Positions 19,290 through 27,900 of a stretch of 40,915 bases of DNA are shown in pieces; the stretch's first letter is position 1, and every line of letters starts with the position of its first letter. The translations under genes and the position numbers were made by a program. Source of the DNA: an uncultured Bacilli bacterium (GTDB taxonomy: Bacteria > Bacillota_I > Bacilli_A > RF39 > UBA660); assembly GCA_947629365.1 (NCBI GenBank), contig CANRDM010000003.1, positions 1-40,915 of the forward strand, read 5' to 3'. The notes under the pieces were generated by a model. That model did no database searches. It was not told where the DNA came from and was given only the letters and a program-made list of their open reading frames with translations.

Positions 19290-20192
19290 TTAATTACTAT
19301 TTAAAACCGACTCTATAAACTTTTTAGTAATATTGTTGATAGTATTTTTATTATAACTTATACCTATTTCATTTTTAGGAAGTTCCTCATCTAAATTAAG
19401 TTCTTTTAAATCGTAACTATCAACTTCTTCTTTAATAAAGTAGCCAATACAATCATTTGATTTTATAAAATCAGCCATTAATTTAGAATCAGGCATTTCA
19501 CAAATTGGATTAAGTTCAAGATTTTTTGATTGTAATAAAGCATCTAACATTTGTCTTCTTCGGCTTGCTCCAGGAATAACTATATCATAATTTTTTAAAT
19601 CATTAATACTTTTTATTTTTTTACCATTTTTATTATAAAAGTCTTGGGATGATGCAAAGCAAGTTTGAAACCTTCCTAAAGCAAGAGTTTTTAAATCATA
19701 CTTTTCAGTAAAATTGATTTGTTGCATATAATCAATTAGAACATCAATCTTATGGTCTAATAAATATTTGTTAATATTACTAGCACTATCTATCGTGATT
19801 TTGATTTTTATATTAGGATATTGTTTGTGAAATATTGTAATATATTTTTCTAAAAAATTATCTGCAATATTTCTAGTAGTTCCTATATTTATACTACCAA
19901 CAAGATTAATATCATTATCGTTAATATTACTATCTATAAAACTATTAAATTCATTAAATAAACTATCTAATTGTTTAAATAGTTTTTCGCCATCAAGAGT
20001 TAATTGGAAACCTTTATTATTACTATTTATTAATTTAACTTGTAAATTTTCTTCTAATTTTTTTACACTTCTACTCAAGTTTGAAGCCGATAAATTACTT
20101 ATTTCTTCGGCTTTATTGAAACTTTTTGCATTTGCAACAATATAAAAATCATAAAGCAACGTTAAATTACCCCTTATATCCAACAAAATCAC
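19290..20192 (-). CDS. LysR-family transcriptional regulator
   Basis: SFNKAEE..NLSASNLSRSVKKLEENL..KL HTH followed by a substrate-binding domain; exact start uncertain. Confidence 0.9.
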   Translation of the reverse strand: MILLDIRGNLTLLYDFYIVANAKSFNKAEEISNLSASNLSRSVKKLEENLQVKLINSNNKGFQLTLDGEKLFKQLDSLFNEFNSFIDSNINDNDINLVGSINIGTTRNIADNFLEKYITIFHKQYPNIKIKITIDSASNINKYLLDHKIDVLIDYMQQINFTEKYDLKTLALGRFQTCFASSQDFYNKNGKKIKSINDLKNYDIVIPGASRRRQMLDALLQSKNLELNPICEMPDSKLMADFIKSNDCIGYFIKEEVDSYDLKELNLDEELPKNEIGISYNKNTINNITKKFIESVLNSN

Positions 20193-20210
20193 TCCTTAAA
20201 AATTGCTTAT

Positions 20211-20239
20211 ATAATAGTATAAATTAGGTAAAATGTCAA
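20211..20239 (-). promoter_or_regulatory. Sigma-A promoter of the LysR gene
   Basis: TTGACA, 17-bp spacer, TATTAT. Confidence 0.6.
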
Positions 20240-20260
20240 TTTATAACTAATCTTTTTATA

Positions 20261-20707
20261 TTATTTTAAGTCTTTATTATTTGTTCTTCCTACTAAATAA
20301 TCCATAGAAACATTATAAGTTTTACAAATTGTATATATTGTTATTGAATTAATTAAAAATTTGCCGTTTTCGTATGTGCTATAAGTTGATTGAGAAAAAT
20401 TACAATCATCGGCTAATGCTTGTTGTGATAAATTTAATTTAGTTCTTAATTCTTTTAACTTTTTACCTATCATTTGCTTATTTACATTAATTTTTTCATA
20501 CTTTGTATTTTTCCTAGAAAGACCACAAACATAATCTAATGAATATCCATACAAATTACAAAATTTTATCAGTTTATTAAAAGGCATCGTATCGTGAGCA
20601 TTTTCCCAACCTGATACAGTATTCTTACTAACGCCAAAGACATATCCTAGTTCTTCTTGTGTCATTTCTAATTCTTCTCTACAATATTTTAAATTATTTC
20701 CAATCAT
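20261..20707 (-). CDS. XRE-family regulator with two tandem HTH domains
   Basis: MTQEELG..FGVSKNTVSGWEN and LSQQALA...FSQSTYSTYENG. Confidence 0.9.
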   Translation of the reverse strand: MIGNNLKYCREELEMTQEELGYVFGVSKNTVSGWENAHDTMPFNKLIKFCNLYGYSLDYVCGLSRKNTKYEKINVNKQMIGKKLKELRTKLNLSQQALADDCNFSQSTYSTYENGKFLINSITIYTICKTYNVSMDYLVGRTNNKDLK

Positions 20708-20782
20708 ACTACTATCACCAACAATAATTTTCCCATTTAAAACAAAATTATTAATAAAAGTGTGGGTCTATTAGTAAATGTG

Positions 20783-20791
20783 TGTTATAAT
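20783..20791 (+). promoter_or_regulatory. Extended -10 promoter of the plus-strand cassette
   Basis: TGTTATAAT upstream of AGGGTGA and the ATG at 20810; divergent from the XRE gene. Confidence 0.55.
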
Positions 20792-20809
20792 TAGATTAGG
20801 GTGATATTA

Positions 20810-21043
20810 ATGATAACTAAAACTTTAGAAATGTTTATTTTAGAAAATTCTTTTATTATCGAAATTATTGGAATTTTATTAATTATTTTTATTTTTTTGT
20901 TATTGCTTTGGAATGAACATAACAATAATAAAAAGTTAGTAGAATTGATAAATATGTTAAATAATCAACGAAAAAGTGATAAAGACACTATTATGGAATT
21001 AGGAAAAATAATTGATGAACAAGACAAAGAATTTAATAGATGA
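20810..21043 (+). CDS. Small single-TM protein with a coiled-coil tail
   Basis: IIGILLIIFIFLLLLW hydrophobic helix; start reset to the ATG at 20810. Confidence 0.65.
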   Translation: MITKTLEMFILENSFIIEIIGILLIIFIFLLLLWNEHNNNKKLVELINMLNNQRKSDKDTIMELGKIIDEQDKEFNR

Positions 21044-21200
21044 TATTTTTAACGAAATAAATAATTGTAATGTTACTCAAAAAAATTTAGCAAGAAAATA
21101 TAATTTGAACGAAAGGACTATTAGAAGATATTTTAAAAAGATAAAAGATAGTAATTTGATTACTTATGATCGTATTCAAAAAAAATGGATAATCAAATAA
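21012..21200 (+). CDS. Small winged-HTH protein
   Basis: VTQKNLARKYNLNERTIRRYFKKI with a beta-wing-like end. Confidence 0.75.
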   Translation: MMNKTKNLIDDIFNEINNCNVTQKNLARKYNLNERTIRRYFKKIKDSNLITYDRIQKKWIIK

Positions 21201-21273
21201 TATAATCTTTTATTAATTTAAACTAAAATAGTAATTTAAATAGTGGTAAAATAAAGAGGTATGGTGGATAATT

Positions 21274-21675
21274 GTGATGGAAAATAATGATTACTCAAAA
21301 AATGAAAAATTCAGTTTGTTACTTACAAAAATTATGATTATATTTTTATCTATATGTATAATTATAATTATTGTTTTAACATATTTAAATGCTAAAATAA
21401 ATAATGGCACTTTAAGTATAGAAAGTATAAATAGTTTGAAAAACATATCTAATATACTAGGCATCATAATATTAAGTATTGCAATTATTAACGTATTTTT
21501 ATTATTTATAATTATGTTTTTAAACCCCGATGATTCTGATTATAATAAATATAAAGATTATGTGTTTGTATCAAAAAAAGATATAAAAGAATTTAGAAAC
21601 GAACATATTAGAAGAGAAAGAAATTTAAAAAAAGATATTCGGAATTTAAAAAAAATAATTAAAAATAAGAAATAG
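21274..21675 (+). CDS. Two-TM membrane protein with a basic C-terminal tail
   Basis: Two long hydrophobic segments and a K/R-rich end. Confidence 0.7.
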   Translation: MMENNDYSKNEKFSLLLTKIMIIFLSICIIIIIVLTYLNAKINNGTLSIESINSLKNISNILGIIILSIAIINVFLLFIIMFLNPDDSDYNKYKDYVFVSKKDIKEFRNEHIRRERNLKKDIRNLKKIIKNKK

Positions 21676-21709
21676 AATTTATAAAAGGGGTGCTTTGGGA
21701 GGTATTAAA

Positions 21710-22432
21710 TTGAGAGTTGTTTCACTAAATGTAAACAGTTTGAAGTCTTGTATTGAAAAAGGACTAACAAATAATATTTTTTCTTTAAACCCTGACATTG
21801 TATGCTTTCAAGAGATTAAATGTCAAACAAATATCTTAAATATTAACAATTATTATAGTTATTGGAGTTTTTGTAACAAAAAAGGCTATTCCGGAGTTGC
21901 TATATTTACTAAAATTAAACCTCTAAAAATTATTGAGGGATTTTTAAATGATAATTTTGATGCCGAAGGAAGAATTTTATCTTTGGAATTTAAAGATTTT
22001 ATATTAATAAACGTATATGTTCCAAATTCCAAATCAAACTTGGATAGACAAAATTATAGAATGAACTGGGATGACCTTTTATATAATCATATTTCTACTT
22101 TAGAAAAATTAAAACCTTTAATTATATGTGGTGATTTTAATACTGATTTAAAAAAATTAAAAAATAACAATGAATTTATTGATAACGAATTAGATATATT
22201 TCAAAGCATTTTAACTCGTGGATATACTGATTCTTTTATTTACAAAAATGGTAATCAAAATATAGAAAAATTTTGTACTTGGTATTTAAAAAACAAAAAA
22301 GTTGGCTATCGGCTTGATTATTTTCTCATATCGAACTATTTGCGAGATAAAATAATTGAATCTACTATACTAAATAACATTAATTGTTCCGACCACTATC
22401 CTATTCTACTGGATATAGATATAAAAGGTTAA
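21710..22432 (+). CDS. Exonuclease III / AP endonuclease family (EEP) protein
   Basis: SLNVN, FQEIK, GYSGVA, EGR, NVYVPN, GDFN, RLDY, SDHYP; TTG start at 21710 after GGAGGT. Confidence 0.92.
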   Translation: MRVVSLNVNSLKSCIEKGLTNNIFSLNPDIVCFQEIKCQTNILNINNYYSYWSFCNKKGYSGVAIFTKIKPLKIIEGFLNDNFDAEGRILSLEFKDFILINVYVPNSKSNLDRQNYRMNWDDLLYNHISTLEKLKPLIICGDFNTDLKKLKNNNEFIDNELDIFQSILTRGYTDSFIYKNGNQNIEKFCTWYLKNKKVGYRLDYFLISNYLRDKIIESTILNNINCSDHYPILLDIDIKG

Positions 22433-22434
22433 AA

Positions 22435-24480
22435 ATGAACTTTCCTGATGAGATTTTAGAAAAAATGTGGAATTCGTTTAACTGGGATAAAATCGAAAGT
22501 AATTTACTTGAAATGCAATGTCAATTAAGTAAAGCCGCTTTTAAGTATCAAAAAGATAATGTAAAAGAGTTAAGTATTAAAATAACTAATTGTTTATCTT
22601 TTAAAGCATTAGCAGTTAAAAAAGTTTCCGAAGATTTAAACTCGGCAAGTGGTATTGATAATGTTAAATGGCTAACACCGGTCGAAAAAATGAAAGCAAC
22701 ATTATCTTTAAACCCAAAAAACTATAAAGCCAAGCCATTTAAAAGATTCATTATTAAAGATTCTAAAAATGGTAAAGAAAGAAGAATAAATATTCCTACT
22801 ATTTTTGACAGGGCTATGCAAATATTATATATGTTTGCATTAGATCCAATTTCCGAGGCAACTGCTGATAGAAAATCATTTGCTTTTAGAAAAGGTAGAT
22901 CCACGTTTGATGTTCACTCACTTATTATTAATTTTTTAAATGAAAAGGACTTCCCTATGTTTGTATTAATTTGTGATGTTAAATCTTATTATGATTCAAT
23001 TTCTCACAAATGGCTTTTAAACAATATACCAATGTCAAAGCCAGTTTTAAGAGAGTTTATTGAAGCAGGTATAGTTTTTAACAATGAAGTTTTCCCTACT
23101 GATGTTGGAATATCACTCGGTTGTAATATTTCAACTATTCTTGGTAATATGACACTAGATGGACTTCAAAAGTTATTATACGATTTACAGGGAGATAAAG
23201 TTTCCGATTATTGGCAAGGATATGTAATAAGATTTGCCGACGACATTTTAGTTACTGCTAGAAGTAAAGATGATGCATTGAAATTTAAACGAGTTATTGA
23301 AGATTTTTTGAGATTAAGAGGTTTAAAATTATCGGAATCTAAAACACAAATTAAAAACGTATTTGAGGGTTTTGAATTTTTATCAAGATTTTATTTTAAA
23401 AAAGAAGATCAGGCTCATTCTATTCCATCGGAAAAATCTATAATGAAACTAGAAAATGATTTAATGGAATTAATATTAAACAATCCAAAAAGGTGGTCGC
23501 AAAAAAATCTAATTCAAACTCTAAATTCAAAACTAATCGGATGGGCAACATATCAAAAAGTGACGGAGGCAACCGATACATTTAAACACATTGATGTTGT
23601 TGTAAATGCTTTAATTTTAAGATTAATGCATCAAATGTACCCTAATAAAACAACTGCTCAATTAACTAAAAAATATTGGTTTAAAGAAAATAACAAGTTT
23701 ATTTTTTCTTTACCAACAAATAAAAGTATAAGAATTATTCAATTATCCGATATTGTATTGATTAAACCTAGTCATCTTGATACAAAACAAAATGTATATT
23801 TAGATAAAGAATACTTTGATAATAGAAATGAAATTCAAGAAATTAATAGAATAAGTGGAAAATTTAAAACTATTTGGAATAGACAAGATGGAAAATGTTA
23901 CTATTGTAATAAATCAATTAAGCCAGATCAACCCAAAAAAATTGTAATTAAAAACCCTTGTATTAAAGACACAACCATTAAAAATATGGCTTATATTCAC
24001 TCTTATTGTGCTTACGATGAACTTGTATTTATTAACTCTAATTTAGATAAAAATTCAAAAATCAATGTTGAAGAAATATTAAAAGAAATTAATGACCCAA
24101 CATTATCAAATTTTTTTAGAAAAGAAAATAAATATTCAAAACTTTATGACTACTTTACTAATTGTAATAAATATTCTTTTCAATTAAAGTTTAGCGAGAT
24201 TGAAAAAATTATTGATAATAAATTATGCAATTCCCTTTATAAATATGATAGTTATTGGCGACAATCAAAAAATGGTTCGATTGCTAGTAGTTGGCTAAAA
24301 AATGGATATAGAATTAAAAAATTATATTTGAAAGAAAAGAAAGTAACATTTATAAGAACCAAAAAAGCCACTTCAAAACTAGAAATACCGGAACAGCTAC
24401 AATCTTCTAATTTACCTAAATCTGCTAAAGCCGAATTAGAACAATTTTTCTATTATATTATAGATAAATACGGACTATAA
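22435..24480 (+). CDS. Group II-intron-type reverse transcriptase without an intron RNA; degenerate HNH and extra C-terminal domain
   Basis: RVT_N-like N-terminus, SGIDN, IPTIFDRAMQ, SFAFRKGRS, DVKSYYD, GISLG, RFADD, GLKLSESKT, GFEFL, thumb LNSKLIGW. The ATG at 22435 is 2 nt after the ExoIII stop. Confidence 0.92.
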   Translation: MNFPDEILEKMWNSFNWDKIESNLLEMQCQLSKAAFKYQKDNVKELSIKITNCLSFKALAVKKVSEDLNSASGIDNVKWLTPVEKMKATLSLNPKNYKAKPFKRFIIKDSKNGKERRINIPTIFDRAMQILYMFALDPISEATADRKSFAFRKGRSTFDVHSLIINFLNEKDFPMFVLICDVKSYYDSISHKWLLNNIPMSKPVLREFIEAGIVFNNEVFPTDVGISLGCNISTILGNMTLDGLQKLLYDLQGDKVSDYWQGYVIRFADDILVTARSKDDALKFKRVIEDFLRLRGLKLSESKTQIKNVFEGFEFLSRFYFKKEDQAHSIPSEKSIMKLENDLMELILNNPKRWSQKNLIQTLNSKLIGWATYQKVTEATDTFKHIDVVVNALILRLMHQMYPNKTTAQLTKKYWFKENNKFIFSLPTNKSIRIIQLSDIVLIKPSHLDTKQNVYLDKEYFDNRNEIQEINRISGKFKTIWNRQDGKCYYCNKSIKPDQPKKIVIKNPCIKDTTIKNMAYIHSYCAYDELVFINSNLDKNSKINVEEILKEINDPTLSNFFRKENKYSKLYDYFTNCNKYSFQLKFSEIEKIIDNKLCNSLYKYDSYWRQSKNGSIASSWLKNGYRIKKLYLKEKKVTFIRTKKATSKLEIPEQLQSSNLPKSAKAELEQFFYYIIDKYGL

Positions 24481-24484
24481 ATTT

Positions 24485-24730
24485 TCAAGAATTAATCAAT
24501 TTTATGTTTTTTATAATATCAATAAGAGGCTCATTATAAACTTTATAAGTTCTTAATAATTCATCTATATTATTATAACTTTTCTCGCTGTATTTATATG
24601 AATCAACAAAAATTACTACTCCACCATCCTTATTTTGAATCGTGTAATTTAACGAATAAAGTTTAAACTTGATAATGCCCTTTTCTAATAAGATTTTTTT
24701 TAATTCAATTTCAACCATACAAACACCCAT
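24485..24730 (-). CDS. Small hypothetical protein
   Basis: 81-aa ORF abutting the upstream ORF and convergent with the RT gene. Confidence 0.55.
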   Translation of the reverse strand: MGVCMVEIELKKILLEKGIIKFKLYSLNYTIQNKDGGVVIFVDSYKYSEKSYNNIDELLRTYKVYNEPLIDIIKNIKLINS

Positions 24731-24979
24731 TTAATTATTGTCTTTATCAACATATAGATTAGTAATACCGCCTATCTCGATTTTTATATCATAATATTTC
24801 ATTTTTTTAATATTTGCGGGAGCATCTTCTACCATACCGTCATATTCTAATTTATCATTGATATATACTTTAATTGAAACTGTTCTTATAGAACTAATAG
24901 GCCCATATAACTTTTTAACATTTTTATTTTCTGCTTTTTTCATAAATTTCTCCTTAATATATATCATTTCTTTTTTCAT
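24731..24979 (-). CDS. Small hypothetical protein
   Basis: 82-aa ORF with an ATGA overlap with the MTase gene; start uncertain. Confidence 0.55.
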   Translation of the reverse strand: MKKEMIYIKEKFMKKAENKNVKKLYGPISSIRTVSIKVYINDKLEYDGMVEDAPANIKKMKYYDIKIEIGGITNLYVDKDNN

Positions 24980-27900
24980 TCTGATATCTTAATTAAATAT
25001 TGTATTTCTTCATCGGTAAAATGATATTTTGCACATAAAAAGTCATCAATTTCTAATAATTCTTCTTTATATGATAAATTATTATTTAATTTATCATTAA
25101 TATTTTTTAAGTATTCTTTAAATTTTTGATATTCATCTTCTGTTATCGTTGGTAAAGGCAAATTTACTAAAAATGCTTTTTTATATCTATAACCCTTTTC
25201 ACCAAGTCCGCCTCCTGCATAAAATGATTTAAATATATTTCCTATAAGTTTTGAATTTAATGCACATATTAAATATTCTAACTTTTCGCCTGAAATAATA
25301 AACGTTGTTGCTTCAGGATAATATCCTAATTCATCATAATAAAATTGTGGTTTTTTTACTATTTCACTATACATAATTTTAGGACTAGCAAAATCCTCAA
25401 TATAAGCACAATTTCTAAGATTATAAGGTGTATCACCCTTATCATATCTTTTTTTTAATTTATCATAAAATTGATCTAAATATGATTTAATAGTTGGAAA
25501 ATCGTTTATATCAATTCTTTTTGTGTTACCATATCCATTATGAGTAACAATCATATATAAATTAGAAAAATTACATTTATATTGTTCTAAATCTCTGCCA
25601 CGAATAATTGGTTTAATAACATTTTTGTTATTTTCATCTAGATTTATTAGATAATTATAAGTATTATTATTAATTATAAATGCATCATTAAATCCAGTTA
25701 ATAATCCACGATTTATTCTAATATTCCAATTTAATAATTTTTTACCGTATTTTTCAACTTTATTCTTTATATTGCTTTCAATGTTAGTCATTAATATCCA
25801 ATTAGAATTATCAATATAGGAATTTTCAACAAAATTATTATTTAAATTATCTTCTAAATTTCCCTTATAATTATCGTGTATTTCAACAGTTTTAGTATTT
25901 CTTTTATTTTTTGAATTTTCAGTTAATAAAATATTTACATCAACTTGCGCTGATTCAAAAACTTTATTACCACAAAAATTTATTAACATTAATGGATTAT
26001 ATTTACTTAAAAAACCTCTTAATTTTTCGCCATAAGCAGCTCTTAACCATTTATTGGATGTAATAAAGCATTCTATTCCGTTCTCTTTTAATAATTCAAG
26101 TCCTTTCTCATAAAAAATACAATAAATATCCCCAGTTCTAGTGAAAGTTTTATATCCTTGACTTTCTAATTCATTCGCTAATTTACCACTATCTTTTTGA
26201 AGTTGAACATATGGTGGATTACCTATAACAATATCAAAACCATTATTATTTTTAAAAACATCAAAAAACTCTAATTTCCAAATAAACCACGATTTATTTT
26301 TCTTCTTCTCTTCATCTTTAAATTTTAATAATTTATCTGAATTATTCTTTAACGATTCTTCTATCATACCAAATTGAATCAAGTCAATTTTATTTTTTAA
26401 TTCTTTTTTCAATTTATTATCAGATGTTCTAAAATATTCTTTTTGTAAATTTAGCATTTTTTCAATATAGCTATTCAAGTTAATAGAATTTTCATCAAAC
26501 TGAAATGATTGCTGAATATGAATATCGCTTACAAAATTAATATCAGATTCTTTTCTTTTATAATTTTTAAGATTATTAGAAAGAATTTTTTCGCTGAAAA
26601 GTGGAACGCCTTCAAACGACTCAACTAGACTATTTCCTTGCATAATTTTACAATCTAAATTAGGCAATGGTCTAGGTTCCGCATCATTTGGATAATCAAC
26701 TATTAAAGACAGCCATAATCTTAATTTCGTAATGTCTATTGCACTAGATTCAATATCAACCGCATAAATGCAATTTTCAATGGTCTGTAATTTAATATCA
26801 AATAAACTTCTCTTTAATTGCTCATTATTAGTTAATTTATTAATATTTATTTCTTTTTCATCATTTTGAATCATAATGTATGTGGATAAATTATTGCGTA
26901 TTTTTGATATTTCAGTAAGCATTCCTAATGGGAACGCACCAGAACCAACTGCTGGATCTGCAATTTTAACATTTATTAGTGCATTATCAATTTTTAAAAC
27001 ATTATCATAAATACTCTTACCTATTAAATAAGAATTTGAATTTTTTGTGATATGTTGTTCCCAATCTAATTGAGTTATTAAATCACCATATTTAATAAAT
27101 TCTATTATTTCATCATAAGATATATTTACATTTTTAACTAAGTATTGTGCTAAGCATTCTTGACACATATAATATACGATTTCTCTAGGAGTATAAAATG
27201 CTCCTTTTGATTTTCTATCATTCACTTCTAGTAGGTTTTCAAATATTTTACCAAGCATTTCTGGATCAACTGCAACATCTTTTTCTAATGGTTCTTCTTC
27301 ATCAATAGTAAAGTTATAAAGATCCAAAAAATCTAAAATGCCATCTTTGGTATCATTGCTAAACATACTATTAGGAATATTAAAATAAGCACTAGACCAG
27401 CGATAATTATTTAAAGGTTCAAATAGTCCACCATTTAAAAATGGAATTTTACAATTAAATAATGGGAAAAATTGATTTTCTCTTTTTTCATTTAGTCCTC
27501 TATAAAAAAATGGTTCTAAATAATCATCAAAAAAATTTTTATGTTCTTTAATTGCTTGTTTGTATATAGAACGGATAAAATCTTTTTTTCCAGTTCCCCA
27601 ATTTTTATCATAACTTGTTCCTTTAAATAAATTAGACAAATTTATTATATCTTCTACAGAATCTGTTGCTTTTAATTCAGTTTTACTAATTACATAAAAA
27701 TTTTCCTGCTTTTCATAAAATTTATTTAAAAGATTTTGAGAAACACTATCAATATTATTATATAACTCTTTATACTCAATCAAATTTAATTCATTTGGTA
27801 CAAGTTGTACTCCAAGCCATCCTTTTTTTTGTAAAAAATACAAAAAAACTATTTGACCCATTAATTTTTTTGCAAATTCAACAGATGTAAAATCTGATTT

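Noticed and set aside
20708-22434. Retron msr-msd upstream of the RT
   Set aside because: Intergenic gaps are short and AT-rich without a1/a2 inverted repeats, and the RT lacks the retron VTG motif.
22435-24480. Intact mobile group II intron
   Set aside because: No space for domains I-III or V-VI, no domain V signature after the stop, and the HNH domain is degenerate.
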